This document shows positions 38,111 through 50,984 of a stretch of 64,000 nt of DNA, piece after piece. A program made the position numbers and the translations under genes. The stretch is from the NCBI GenBank assembly GCA_965198005.1, contig CBDAOI010000003.1, positions 512,001 through 576,000 on the forward strand, given 5' to 3'. Position 1 is the first letter of the stretch; every line of letters starts with the position of its first letter. Under the pieces are notes generated by a model that saw nothing but the letters and a program-made list of their open reading frames with translations, was not told the origin of the DNA and made no database searches. Source of the DNA: Spirochaetia bacterium (GTDB lineage Bacteria; Spirochaetota; Spirochaetia; SZUA-6; Bin103).

Positions 38111-38518
38111 TCAGCTCCCGAATCCGATACCGCGCTGGCGCGCCATGATGCGCTCCTCGCGCTCGGGCCACAGCGGTGCGTGGCTTTCGACGCAGTGGGC
38201 GACGTCGGTCAGCCGCAACCGGACCGCGGCCCACGCCAACCGGGGATGCAGCGCGCCCGGCTGCTGCAACGGCGCGGGATCCTCGAGGGACATGATCTGC
38301 TCCCGCAGCCCATCCAATTCCTCGTCGGACAGGCCGCGAAAGTCCCAGATCCGCACCACCGCGGCCCCGGACCGCGCGTCGTGGGCGGTTATCGAGTGCA
38401 GCGAATAGCGGCTGCCGTCGGTGAGCACGATTTCCACACAGAACGGCGGCACCACGTCGTCGATGCCCACCACCCAGTTGATCAGCGGGTCTTCGTCGAA
38501 GGCCGAGAGCGTTTCCAC
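38111..38518 (-). CDS. Hypothetical protein
   Basis: 135-aa ORF with globular-protein composition and high GC3. Confidence 0.6.
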   Translation of the reverse strand: METLSAFDEDPLINWVVGIDDVVPPFCVEIVLTDGSRYSLHSITAHDARSGAAVVRIWDFRGLSDEELDGLREQIMSLEDPAPLQQPGALHPRLAWAAVRLRLTDVAHCVESHAPLWPEREERIMARQRGIGFGS

Positions 38519-39033
38519 TGGGGGCCATCATAGCGTGTAGGGGCGCACTGGCCCAATGCGGCCACCTCGGCGCCGGCATACGCGGCCACGACCCGGATCG
38601 GGACGCCCGGCGTCAGCTCACCGCCGCGCAGCACGCGGCAGGTCACGCCGCCGCGCCACCCGCCGGCCAGCGCCGCACGCAGCCCCGGGCACGCCTCCTC
38701 CATCCGCTCGCAGGGTGCGGTCTCGCCGGTCACCTCCAGCTCCACCTCCCCGATGCGCAGGATGCTGCCGCTGCTCGCGAACAGCGCGACCCCGGTTACC
38801 AGCAGGTTGGCGCGGCGCGTCGACCACGGCAGATCCGGCCGGCCGGCCATGGCTGCCGCGGCCTGCCAGTCCTCCAGACCGAGGACCGTGACCTGGCGCC
38901 TTCCGGGCCGCCCGCGAAAGTCGCCGGCGATCCCGGCCGCGGTCGAAACCGCGGCCCGCGCCAACTCCAGCAGCGCGCCGCGCGACCGGCGGCGAATCGC
39001 AATGGCCAGCAGCCGTGCCTGATTTTCACGCAT
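38482..39033 (-). CDS. MOSC domain protein
   Basis: RQVTVL, RRANLLV, ETAPCERME and WRGGVTCRV motifs. Confidence 0.85.
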   Translation of the reverse strand: MRENQARLLAIAIRRRSRGALLELARAAVSTAAGIAGDFRGRPGRRQVTVLGLEDWQAAAAMAGRPDLPWSTRRANLLVTGVALFASSGSILRIGEVELEVTGETAPCERMEEACPGLRAALAGGWRGGVTCRVLRGGELTPGVPIRVVAAYAGAEVAALGQCAPTRYDGPQWKRSRPSTKTR

Positions 39034-39124
39034 GCGCGCAGCATAGCACGGCGGGTGCGGGGCAGGGGGCAGGATGGACCGGACCTCCCCTCTGTGAGTA
39101 AGGTGAACCCGAGGAAGCCACCGA

Positions 39125-39556
39125 GTGCTGGTGCGGCAACTACCGTTAGGTGGGCGGGTGATCGGGGCCGCGGGGCTGGCCGGAGCGGGCGCGGCCACCG
39201 CCGGCGCCCAGACCACCGCCGATCCCGGTTCGGATCTGCTCGGCGAGACCTTGATTCCGGTCGCGTCGCAGTTGGCGCTGGGGGCGATCATCGGGTTCTG
39301 CGTCGGGTTCCTGGTCAAGAAGGTGGGCAAGGTGTTGGCGATCGTCGTCGGGCTGGCCTTCATTCTCCTGCAGGTGCTGGCCTACTTCGACGTGATCACC
39401 ATCAACTGGCGCCCGATCGCCGCCTGGTGGCAGTACGCGCGCCAGCCGGGGGAGCTGCAGCGCCATTGGAGCACCGTGACCGGCATCCTGTTCGCCAACG
39501 TTCCGGCGCTGGTGGGCGCGGTTCCCGGCCTCGTGCTGGGGTTGAAGAAAGGATGA
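39125..39556 (+). CDS. FUN14-like membrane protein
   Basis: GFCVGFLVKKVGK...LQVLAYFDVITINW. Start uncertain. Confidence 0.75.
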   Translation: MLVRQLPLGGRVIGAAGLAGAGAATAGAQTTADPGSDLLGETLIPVASQLALGAIIGFCVGFLVKKVGKVLAIVVGLAFILLQVLAYFDVITINWRPIAAWWQYARQPGELQRHWSTVTGILFANVPALVGAVPGLVLGLKKG

Positions 39557-39599
39557 GAGATGACACCGACAAACGAACCGAGAAGGAGCGAGCGCTGAC

Positions 39600-40637
39600 A
39601 TGCCACTAATACCAATGCGGGTCCTGCTCGACCACGCCGCGGAAAACGATTACGGCTTGGCGGCATTCAACGTGAACAACATGGAGCAGATCCAGGCGAT
39701 CATGACGGCTGCCGAACGCACCGAGTCGCCGGTGATCATCCAGGCCTCGCGCGGGGCGCGCAGCTACGCCCAGGACGCCTATCTGCGCCATCTGATGCTG
39801 GCCGCGGCGGAGCTCTATCCCCACCTCCCGATCGCGATTCATCAGGACCACGGCAACAGCCCGGACACCTGCCGCAGCGCCATCGGGCAGGGATTCACCT
39901 CCGTGATGATGGACGGCTCGCTGGCCGCGGACGCCAAGTCGCCCACCGACTACGCCTACAACGTGCGCGTGACCCGCGCCGTGGTGGAGCTGGCGCATCC
40001 GCGCGGGGTCACCGTGGAGGGCGAGCTCGGCTGCCTCGGGTCACTGGAGACCGGGACCGGCGACCAGGAGGATGGACACGGCGCCGACGGCTCGCTGTCT
40101 CGGGAGCAGTTGCTGACCGATCCGGACGAGGCGGAGCAGTTCGTGGCGGACACCGGAGTGGACGCGCTGGCGGTGGCGATCGGTACCAGCCACGGCGCCT
40201 ACAAGTTCTCGCGCCAGCCGGACGGCGAGGTGCTGGCCATGACCCGCATCGAGGAGATCCACCGGCGGCTGCCCAACACCCATCTGGTGATGCACGGCTC
40301 GTCGTCGGTGCCGCAGGAACTGCAGGATCTGGTCAACGCCCACGGCGGCGCGATCCGTCAGACCTGGGGGGTGCCGGTCGCGGAGATCCAGCGCGGCGTC
40401 CGCCACGGGGTGCGCAAGATCAACGTCGATACCGACAACCGCTTGGCGATGACCGGGGCGGTGCGCCAGGTGCTGCAGGAGGATCCGGCCGGGTTCGATC
40501 CGCGCGCCTACCTGAAGGCCGCGCGCGCGGCGATGCAGGAGGTGTGCGAGGCGCGCATGACCGCCTTCGGCCAGGCCGGCCAGGCCGCGCGCGTGCCGCC
40601 GGTCACCCTGGAGGCGATGGCGCAGCGCTACCGGTAG
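39600..40637 (+). CDS. fba: Class II fructose-bisphosphate aldolase
   Basis: [27 protein letters not shown] and KINVDTD motifs. Confidence 0.95.
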   Translation: MPLIPMRVLLDHAAENDYGLAAFNVNNMEQIQAIMTAAERTESPVIIQASRGARSYAQDAYLRHLMLAAAELYPHLPIAIHQDHGNSPDTCRSAIGQGFTSVMMDGSLAADAKSPTDYAYNVRVTRAVVELAHPRGVTVEGELGCLGSLETGTGDQEDGHGADGSLSREQLLTDPDEAEQFVADTGVDALAVAIGTSHGAYKFSRQPDGEVLAMTRIEEIHRRLPNTHLVMHGSSSVPQELQDLVNAHGGAIRQTWGVPVAEIQRGVRHGVRKINVDTDNRLAMTGAVRQVLQEDPAGFDPRAYLKAARAAMQEVCEARMTAFGQAGQAARVPPVTLEAMAQRYR

Positions 40638-41742
40638 CCCCCCGGTCGGCGTAGCGGCGGAGCTGGCCGCAGGCGGCGGCCACCTCCTGCCCCTTCTCCT
40701 TGCGCACCGTCACCGGCACGCCGCGCCGGCGCAGGGTCTGCACGAAGGCGCGCACGCGTGCCGCGGTGGGGCGGCGCAGGGTGTCCAGCTCGGGCACCGG
40801 GTTGTAGGGGATGAGGTTGACCTTGGCGCGCATGCTGGCTCCGGTGCCGCCGGCGAGCAGCGCCGCCAGCCGCTCGGCGTGGTCGGCGGCGTCGTTGATC
40901 CCGGCCAGCAGGACGTACTCGAAGGTGACGGTGCGGCCGGTGGCCTGCGCGTAGGCGTGGGCCGCGGCCACGATCGCCGCTACCGGCCAGCGGCCGGCGG
41001 TCGGGACCAGCCGCTTCCGGAGTGCGTCGTCCGGGGCGTGCAGACTCACCGCCAGCCCTACCGGCAGCCCGGCGGCGGCCAGCCGCTCGATGCCGCTCAC
41101 CAGCCCGACGGTGCTGACCGTCACCCGCCGCGGACTGAAACCGAACCCGCCGGCGGAGCAGAGCGACTCCAGCGCGCGGCTCAGGGCCGCGAAGTTGGCC
41201 AGCGGCTCGCCCATGCCCATGAACACCAGGTTCGACAGCGGACCGAAGGCGCGCTGCACCAGCGCCACCTGGTCCAGAATCTCGCCGCGGCCGAGGTTGC
41301 GCGCCAGCCCCTGCAGACCGGAGGCGCAGAAGATGCACCCCATGGCGCAGCCGACCTGGCTGCTCACGCACACCGTGTGGCGCGCCCGCCGCACTCGCCG
41401 CGCGCCGGCCGGCACCGGCTCCCGGATCGAGACGGTCTCCACCAGTTGGCCGTCGGCCGCCTCCAGCAGCAGCTTGGTGGTCAACCCGTCGGCCGAAGTG
41501 GTGCGGCTGCGCTCGCTGAGGCCGTAGGGCGCCAGGTCCCGTGCCAGCCGGGCGCGCAGCTCCGCCGGCAGGTCGCTCATGTGGGCGAACGCGGGCGTGT
41601 GGGTGCGGAACAGGTGGCGCCGGATCTGCCGCAGGCGGTAGGCGGGCGCGCCGGCCGCCTCCAGGTAGGCGGCCCAGTCGGCGCCGTCCAGGTCGCTGGC
41701 GGCGCGCGCGGGCGGCGGCACGGCCACTGTGGTCCCCCGCAC
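40603..41742 (-). CDS. rlmN: Dual-specificity RNA methyltransferase RlmN
   Basis: [21 protein letters not shown] and AACGQL motifs. Confidence 0.93.
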   Translation of the reverse strand: MRGTTVAVPPPARAASDLDGADWAAYLEAAGAPAYRLRQIRRHLFRTHTPAFAHMSDLPAELRARLARDLAPYGLSERSRTTSADGLTTKLLLEAADGQLVETVSIREPVPAGARRVRRARHTVCVSSQVGCAMGCIFCASGLQGLARNLGRGEILDQVALVQRAFGPLSNLVFMGMGEPLANFAALSRALESLCSAGGFGFSPRRVTVSTVGLVSGIERLAAAGLPVGLAVSLHAPDDALRKRLVPTAGRWPVAAIVAAAHAYAQATGRTVTFEYVLLAGINDAADHAERLAALLAGGTGASMRAKVNLIPYNPVPELDTLRRPTAARVRAFVQTLRRRGVPVTVRKEKGQEVAAACGQLRRYADRGATGSAAPSPPG

Positions 41743-41750
41743 CCGGCGCC

Positions 41751-43169
41751 TCAGCGGCCGGTCTTGGGGCGGTAGAGGTGGGTGCTCTGGCCGAAGAACA
41801 GGTCGGCGGCTTCCATGACCGTTTCGCTCAGGGTGGGATGGGGATGAATCGAGAGCCGCAGGTCGGTGGCCAGCGCCCCCATCTCCACCGCCAGCACCCC
41901 CTCCGCGATCAGCTCGCCGGCGCCGGCGCCGACCACGCCCATGCCCAGGATCCGCTCAGTGCCGGGTTCGACCAGCAGCTTGGTCATGCCGTCGGGGCGG
42001 GCCATGGTGGCGGCGCGGCCGGAGGCGGCCCAGGGGAAGCGCTGCACGCTCACCTCCAGTCCCTGGTCCCGGGCCGCCCCTTCCGTGAGCCCGCACCAGG
42101 CCACCTCAGGGTCGGTGAACACTACCGCCGGCAGCGCCTGGGGCTCGAACGCCACCCGCTCGCCCGCGGCCGCCTCCGCCGCGGTGCGTCCCTCGTGCGC
42201 GGCCTTGTGGGCGAGGCCCGGTTCGCCGGCTACGTCACCGATCGCGTACACTCCCGGCTGGCTGGTCTCACGCTGTTCGTTGACCGGAATGAAGCCGCGC
42301 CCGTCCGGGGTGACGCCGATCCGCTCCAGCCCGAGGTCGCCGCTGTTGGGGGTGCGCCCGACGCTCATCAGCACCTTGTCGAAGGTCTCGGTAACCTCCC
42401 CCTCCGGGGTGTTCAGGATCGCCTCGAGGCCGGCGCCGGTGTCCTCCAGCGCCGCCACCCGGGTGTCGACGTGCACCTTGGCGAAGCGCCGGGAGAGCTG
42501 CCGCGCCAGCAGGTTGGCGAGGTCGCGATCGGCGCCGGGGAGCAAGCCCGCCAGCATTTCGACCACGGTCACGCGCGTACCCAGAGCCGCGTACACCGAG
42601 CCCAGCTCGAGGCCGATGTAGCCGCCGCCGATCACCAGCAGCGAACCGGGGACGTCGGGCAGCTCGAGCGCGGTCGTGGAATCGAGCATGCGGTCGCTGT
42701 CGATCCACAGTGACCCGATGCGGGCCGGCCGCGATCCGGTGGCGACGATCGCCTGGTCGAACTCGAGGCTGCGGGAGGAGGCGGCGGCGCCGTCGACCTG
42801 CAACGTGCGCGCGGAGGTGAAGCGGGCGCGCCCCTGGACGTACTTGACCTTGCGCTGCGTGGTCAGGGTGCCGAGACCGGCGGTCAGCTTGGCGACCACG
42901 CCCTGCTTCCACGCCCGCAACCGGTCCAGGTCGACCTCGGGCGGCGCGAACCGCACCCCCCACTCCGCCGCCGCCGCCGCCTCGTGCACCAGCTTGGCGA
43001 CGTGCAGCAGCGCCTTGGACGGGATGCAGCCGCGGTACAGGCACACGCCGCCGGGGTTGGGGGCGTCGTCGATCATCGTTACCTGCAGACCCAGGTCGGC
43101 CGCCAGGAACGCCGCGGCGTAGCCGCCGGGACCGGCGCCCACCACTACCAGGTGCTTGGAATCTGCCAC
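41751..43169 (-). CDS. lpdA: Dihydrolipoyl dehydrogenase
   Basis: GGVCLYRGCIPSK and HPHPTLSE motifs. Confidence 0.95.
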   Translation of the reverse strand: MADSKHLVVVGAGPGGYAAAFLAADLGLQVTMIDDAPNPGGVCLYRGCIPSKALLHVAKLVHEAAAAAEWGVRFAPPEVDLDRLRAWKQGVVAKLTAGLGTLTTQRKVKYVQGRARFTSARTLQVDGAAASSRSLEFDQAIVATGSRPARIGSLWIDSDRMLDSTTALELPDVPGSLLVIGGGYIGLELGSVYAALGTRVTVVEMLAGLLPGADRDLANLLARQLSRRFAKVHVDTRVAALEDTGAGLEAILNTPEGEVTETFDKVLMSVGRTPNSGDLGLERIGVTPDGRGFIPVNEQRETSQPGVYAIGDVAGEPGLAHKAAHEGRTAAEAAAGERVAFEPQALPAVVFTDPEVAWCGLTEGAARDQGLEVSVQRFPWAASGRAATMARPDGMTKLLVEPGTERILGMGVVGAGAGELIAEGVLAVEMGALATDLRLSIHPHPTLSETVMEAADLFFGQSTHLYRPKTGR

Positions 43170-43173
43170 GCGG

Positions 43174-44460
43174 TCAACCCTCCAATGCCAGCAGCAACGG
43201 CTGCTCCAACGCCTCGATTACCCAGCGCAGGAAGCGAATGCCGTCGACGCCGTCGATCAGTCTGTGGTCATAGGTCAGGGACAGCGGCAGCCGCAGCCGC
43301 GGCACGAACCGGTCGTCCTGCCACACCGGCTCCAGCGCGGCCCGCGACACGCCGAGAATGGCCACCTCGGGCACGTTCACGATCGGCGTGAAGTGGGAGC
43401 CGCCGACGCCGCCCAGATTGGAGATGGTGAAGCTCCCGCCCTGCATCTCCGGAGCGGTGAGCGTGCGCCCGCGCGCCCGCGCCGACAGCTCACTCAAGTC
43501 GGCGGCGATCCGCACGATGTTCTTGCGATCCACGTCGCGGATCACCGGCACCAGCAGCCCGCGCTCCGTATCGACCGCCACGCCGACGTGGCGGTAGCCC
43601 TTGTACACCACCTCGTTGCGCTCGAGGTCGACGCTCGCATTGAACTGCGGGAACACCTTGAGGGCGCTGGCCACGACCCTGACCAGGATGGCGGTGATGG
43701 TCAGCTTGGCGCCGGCCGCCTCGGCGCGCGCGGCGTAGGACGTGCGCAGCCGCTCCAGCTCCGTGATGTCCGCCTTGTCCTGCTGGGTCACGGCCGGCAC
43801 TGCGTCCCAGGCCGCGCCCAGATGGGCGGCGGTAGCCCGCCGCACGGCGTTCATCGGCAGCCGCTCGATCGGTCCCCAGCGGGCGAAGTCGGGCAGCGGC
43901 AGGCGCGCGCCGCCACCGGCCGCGGTGCCGCCTGCGCCCCGGTCGCGCGCCTGCAGCAGGCGCTTGGCGGTGGCCTTGACGTCGTCCGCCAGGATGCGGC
44001 CGCCCGGGCCGCTGCCCTGCACGGTGGCCAGGTCGACGCCGATCTCGCGCGCCAGTCGCCGCACCGCCGGGGTCGCCGGGGTCGGCGGCAGGTCAGCGTA
44101 TCGGGCAGCCGCGGCGGCCGGCGCGGCGTGCGCCGGTGGAGGACCAGCGGCAGCCGCCGGGGCCGCTGCCTCCCGGGCCGGCCCCGGCGTAGCGGCCGGA
44201 GCCTCGTCCGCGGCCCCCGCCGGCGCGGGCTCCAGGCTGACAATCGGGTCGCCCACACTGATGCTGGTACCCGCCGTGACGTGAATGGCAGTCACCACGC
44301 CGGCGGCGGGGGCGGGCACCTCGACCACCGCCTTGTCGGTCTCCAGCTCCAGCAGCGGGGCGTCCTGCTCGACATGCTCGCCCGGACGCACCAGAATCGC
44401 CGTGACGTCGCCGGTCGCGACATTCTCACCCAGTTCCGGCAGCTTGACTTCGATCGCCAT
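43174..44460 (-). CDS. aceF: Dihydrolipoamide acetyltransferase (PDH E2)
   Basis: One lipoyl domain (ETDKA), E3-binding ATPAVRRLARE and DHRLIDG. Confidence 0.9.
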   Translation of the reverse strand: MAIEVKLPELGENVATGDVTAILVRPGEHVEQDAPLLELETDKAVVEVPAPAAGVVTAIHVTAGTSISVGDPIVSLEPAPAGAADEAPAATPGPAREAAAPAAAAGPPPAHAAPAAAAARYADLPPTPATPAVRRLAREIGVDLATVQGSGPGGRILADDVKATAKRLLQARDRGAGGTAAGGGARLPLPDFARWGPIERLPMNAVRRATAAHLGAAWDAVPAVTQQDKADITELERLRTSYAARAEAAGAKLTITAILVRVVASALKVFPQFNASVDLERNEVVYKGYRHVGVAVDTERGLLVPVIRDVDRKNIVRIAADLSELSARARGRTLTAPEMQGGSFTISNLGGVGGSHFTPIVNVPEVAILGVSRAALEPVWQDDRFVPRLRLPLSLTYDHRLIDGVDGIRFLRWVIEALEQPLLLALEG

Positions 44461-44528
44461 CGCTCTTGCCCCCAAGGGTAGCACCGAAGCACCGCCGCCG
44501 GCCAATGGCTGCGGGTTGACGGTCCGCG

Positions 44529-45527
44529 ATGAGTGGGTTATCAACGAACTACGTGAACGATTCATTGTCGCCATCGCGCACGGGTGACGTGGCTCGAGTT
44601 GCGGTGCGGATGCACCATGCGTACCGTGAGATGCTCAGCTTGGGCATGTTCTGGATCACGCTCGCCACGGTGGGGGTTATCGTCGTGATATTCGTCGTCA
44701 TCGGCCCGATAGGCTCGTACGACTCCCTCACTCCGCTGCAGCGCTTGACAAATTGCCTGCTGTGCGCCTGCTTCAGTTGGTCCACCTGCTACTCGATGCA
44801 CGTGGTGACGCTCTATCTCACGCGCTTCCGGTCGTCACTCGAGGCCACGGCGGCTGTGGCCGTCGCGATGCTGGTTGCGGCCGTGCCCTGCACCGCAGTC
44901 GCGTACACGGTGCAGGCCATGTTCTATCCGGACTACGCCGCCACGGTGACCTGGGGGACGTTGTACTCGATGGTGGCACCGGTGGCGCTGGCGTGCAGCG
45001 GTCTATTCCAATTCGCAGTCTGCCAACGCCTCAGACTGGTCACCGCGGACCACGAGCCGGAGCACGAGCCGGACCAACCTCCGGGTCAATCCGCCGCCAC
45101 ACCGGCCGTTGCCGCCGCGGAGACAGACCTGCCACCTCTTCCGGAGACGCCGCCCACCGAGGCGGCAGCGCCGGCCAGTCACGGTGCACCCGCGACGGAG
45201 AGCGCCGACGAGCCGCGGTCCACGATCTTCGACCGGCCGCCTCTTGGTCCGGGCAGTGATGTCATTTACCTCAAGTCGGAGGGACGCCACGTACACGTGC
45301 ACACCACTTCCGGTTCCAGCCGCGTACTCGTGCGATTCACCGACGCCATTGCTACGCTCGGCGCCCGCGGCATGCAGGTGCACCGCTCGTACTGGGTCGC
45401 TCATCGCCAGGTAGCGGAACTGGTGCGACGCGACAACCACACCCTGCTGCGCCTCAAGGGCGACCACGAGGTGCCGGTAAGCCGAACCTACCTCCAGGCC
45501 GTGCGCGCCGCGGTGGCCAACCGCTAG
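44529..45527 (+). CDS. Four-TM membrane protein with C-terminal LytTR DNA-binding domain
   Basis: YLKSEGRHV, QVHRSYWV and VPVSRTY. Four hydrophobic helices and a Pro-rich linker. Start uncertain. Confidence 0.85.
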   Translation: MSGLSTNYVNDSLSPSRTGDVARVAVRMHHAYREMLSLGMFWITLATVGVIVVIFVVIGPIGSYDSLTPLQRLTNCLLCACFSWSTCYSMHVVTLYLTRFRSSLEATAAVAVAMLVAAVPCTAVAYTVQAMFYPDYAATVTWGTLYSMVAPVALACSGLFQFAVCQRLRLVTADHEPEHEPDQPPGQSAATPAVAAAETDLPPLPETPPTEAAAPASHGAPATESADEPRSTIFDRPPLGPGSDVIYLKSEGRHVHVHTTSGSSRVLVRFTDAIATLGARGMQVHRSYWVAHRQVAELVRRDNHTLLRLKGDHEVPVSRTYLQAVRAAVANR

Positions 45528-45548
45528 TAGCGCCACGCCGAGGCGGGG

Positions 45549-46100
45549 CTAAGCGCGATCCTCCGAGCGCTGCCGCAGGTTGTCTCCGGCAGCGGCAACG
45601 GCGTCGGCGCCGGAGGCAAGTGAGCGCCCGATACGCCGGCGCAGCACGTAGTTCCAGAGCATGAACACACCTATCAACTGGACTGCGCATGCCCGGTAGA
45701 TTCCCACCAATTCCTCCTGGGGAGGGTAGGCGCTATGGAACAGCCGGTACGTGACGAACGTGATGGAAGCGCAGGGCACGGCCAGGAACAGCGCCGTTGC
45801 CGCCAGTGCCAGGGTGGTTTCGGATGGCGATCGATGGCGCGCAAGATAAAGCGTTACGATTCCCTGGGAGTAGCAGACGAAGGTGCACAGAACTCCACAC
45901 AGCGCCCAGTAGGCAACGCGCCGGAAAAGGCCCAGCGTGGCGTTGGTCCCGAGCGGACCGACGATCGTGTGCATCGCTACGATGCCGCACAACACCGCGC
46001 CGGTAAGGAGCAGCGTTGCTGGAGTGAGCGACTCGCGATATGCCAAGGGCATGTGACCGCGATCGAGATCTGCGCCTCCACCATTCATGTCAACTATCAC
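45549..46100 (-). CDS. Paralog of the LytTR protein membrane domain, lacking LytTR
   Basis: Aligns by eye with 44529..45527: GPLG/GPIG, CYS..VTLYL.R.RS and AVPC. Confidence 0.65.
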   Translation of the reverse strand: MIVDMNGGGADLDRGHMPLAYRESLTPATLLLTGAVLCGIVAMHTIVGPLGTNATLGLFRRVAYWALCGVLCTFVCYSQGIVTLYLARHRSPSETTLALAATALFLAVPCASITFVTYRLFHSAYPPQEELVGIYRACAVQLIGVFMLWNYVLRRRIGRSLASGADAVAAAGDNLRQRSEDRA

Positions 46101-46303
46101 TCATGCCATCGTTCGTCATTTTGGCATATCCGCGGGGCCGATTCGAAGATCATTCGTGTCGACTGTAGTCCAGTGGGGATGCCGGTGCAAGCTCTGCGAT
46201 CCCTGAGTGCCACAGGTGCGCACGGGAACGTTCGAGCTTGCGCTCGAGTTCGGCGGTGACGAGACAATTCGAGAGATAAAGAAAATATCGTTGTGACAAA
46301 TTA

Positions 46304-46322
46304 GAGCCTCGAAACGAGGCTC
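46304..46322. terminator. 8-bp stem hairpin GAGCCTCG-AAA-CGAGGCTC, possible pstS terminator
   Basis: Perfect stem in the AT-rich spacer, about 100 bp downstream of pstS. U-tract is weak. Confidence 0.4.
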
Positions 46323-46426
46323 CTATTCAGCAGTTTCGTTAGGTTTTGTTCTCTGATTATCAGCACAAGATAAAATAAATATGGCTGTGACTAAGTTATA
46401 GTATCCAGCCGACCGCACGGCCCGAT

Positions 46427-47449
46427 CTAATTGGCGGCAGCCGCGCTTGCGACGGCGTCCAGCCAGGCCTGCTTGGCGCTGTCGAGCGCCATCGGATTGG
46501 CCGGGAAGTAGCCGACGTCGACCACCTCTTCATTGACGTAGGTCAGGTAGAAGGCGATGAAGGCGGCGACCTGCGGCTTCTCCAGCATGATGTCGGCCGT
46601 AGTGTAGATGGACAGCGGCCGCGCCAGCGGATAGGACGCGTCGTCGACGCTCTCTTCACTCGCCTCGACCCCGTCGACGTGGAGCACCCGCAGCTTGTCG
46701 GCGTTCTCGGAGTAGTACGCGTAGCCGAAGAATCCGACCGAGTAGGGTCCGCCGAGCACGCCCCGCACCAGGATGTTGTCATCCTCGCTCATCTGCAGGT
46801 TGTCGGCGCTCAGAATCGGCTCCTCGTCCTCGTCGAACACCTGTTCCACGAAGTAGTCGAAGGTGCCGCTGTCGGTGCCGGGAATGAAGCGCTGAATCGG
46901 CTCGGCCGGCCAGGCCGGATTGACGTCGCTCCAGTTGGTCGCGGTGCTGAACAGCGCCGAGAGCTGCTCCATGGAGACGTTGTCGGCGAACGTGTTGTCC
47001 TTGCTGACCACCACCGCCAGCGCGTCGGTGCCGACGCGAATCTCGATCGGGTCGCGGCCGATGGCATTGCAGGAGTCCACTTCCTTCGACTTGATCGCAC
47101 GGCTGGCGGTGGAGACGTCGGTCTCGCCGGCGGTGCAGAACCGCTCGAAGCCGGCGCCGCTGCCGATGCTGTCCACGGTGATGTTGCCCGGGAATCCCTC
47201 ATCCTTGAACCGCTCGACCATGCGCTCGGAGAGCGGGAACACGGTGGAGCTGCCGGCCGCGACGATGTTGCCGGGGACCTCCAGCGGGTTGATGCCCGGC
47301 AGCATGGGGTCGTCCGACTCGTCGGTGATGAACGCCCAGCCGCCGCCATCCTCTCCGGCCGAACCGGCGGCGGCGAGAGTGCCCGCGAACAGAAGCGCCA
47401 GCACCGGCAGACCGGTGGTCCGGCGCAAGAAGATACGTGAGTGAGACAA
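46427..47449 (-). CDS. pstS: Phosphate-binding protein PstS
   Basis: GSSTVFP, GSGAGFERFC, SGTFDYF and YPLARPL motifs. TTG start with AAGGAGG RBS. Confidence 0.92.
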   Translation of the reverse strand: MSHSRIFLRRTTGLPVLALLFAGTLAAAGSAGEDGGGWAFITDESDDPMLPGINPLEVPGNIVAAGSSTVFPLSERMVERFKDEGFPGNITVDSIGSGAGFERFCTAGETDVSTASRAIKSKEVDSCNAIGRDPIEIRVGTDALAVVVSKDNTFADNVSMEQLSALFSTATNWSDVNPAWPAEPIQRFIPGTDSGTFDYFVEQVFDEDEEPILSADNLQMSEDDNILVRGVLGGPYSVGFFGYAYYSENADKLRVLHVDGVEASEESVDDASYPLARPLSIYTTADIMLEKPQVAAFIAFYLTYVNEEVVDVGYFPANPMALDSAKQAWLDAVASAAAAN

Positions 47450-47513
47450 GGTTCTTGTCCCTCCTTGATCGATAGGATTTTCGGGGTATTCGGGGTAAAG
47501 GTGGGCTGCGGCG

Positions 47514-47551
47514 TTTAGTGGTCTGCTAGGGAACCGTTAGACTTGTGTGAG
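47514..47551 (-). promoter_or_regulatory. Pho-box-like array: four direct repeats at 11-bp period
   Basis: Minus strand reads CTCAC-N6-CTAAC-N6-CTAGC-N6-CTAAA upstream of pstS. Confidence 0.5.
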
Positions 47552-47559
47552 TGCCCGGG

Positions 47560-50325
<2,766 letters not shown>

Positions 50326-50491
50326 CGTCTCGGACCACTGCTTACCATTGAGTCGCGTACCATACAGTATAACGCAACAGTATAACGCAGCTTGGCGCGT
50401 GACCGAACCGGGCGCAACGTGGAAAAACGTGGAATCCGCGTCAGCGTCGCGTCAGCGCGTGCGCGGGTCGGTATACTCTCGGCAACGACAG

Positions 50492-50962
50492 ATGTACAGC
50501 TTCGCTCTCGTGGTCCACTCCTACCTGCGCTATCCGGTGCTGCTGCTGCTGGCGGTCGTGTTGCTGCGCGCGCTCGCCGCGCTGGTGCGCGGCAGCGATT
50601 GGCTACCCGCCGATACGAGCCTGGGGCGCTGGATGATCCGCGCCTGGGACGTGCAGCTCCTGCTTGGGCTGGTGCTCTACTACCTCAGTCCCATTACCCA
50701 GTTCGGTCTGGCCAACTTCGCTCAGGCAATGGCTGACGGGCAACTCCGGATGTTCACGGTCGAGCATCCGGTGCTGCTGCTGCTGGCCACCGCGGTGCTG
50801 CACGTCGGCTGGGTGCGCCTGCGCCGGGTGCCGAGCGCGCGCGGCCAGCACTGGCGCTGGCTGATCTTCAGCGCGGTGGCGGCGGCGCTGGCGGTGGCCG
50901 CGATACCGTGGCAGGGCCGGCCCCTGCTGCGCACGATCGTGGAGGCACCTGCAATCCTGTGA
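50492..50962 (+). CDS. Four-TM membrane protein
   Basis: HSYLRY, QLLLGLVLY, VEHP and IPW. Fully hydrophobic profile. Confidence 0.7.
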   Translation: MYSFALVVHSYLRYPVLLLLAVVLLRALAALVRGSDWLPADTSLGRWMIRAWDVQLLLGLVLYYLSPITQFGLANFAQAMADGQLRMFTVEHPVLLLLATAVLHVGWVRLRRVPSARGQHWRWLIFSAVAAALAVAAIPWQGRPLLRTIVEAPAIL

Positions 50963-50984
50963 CCGGAAGCCGGGCGCGCCGGCG

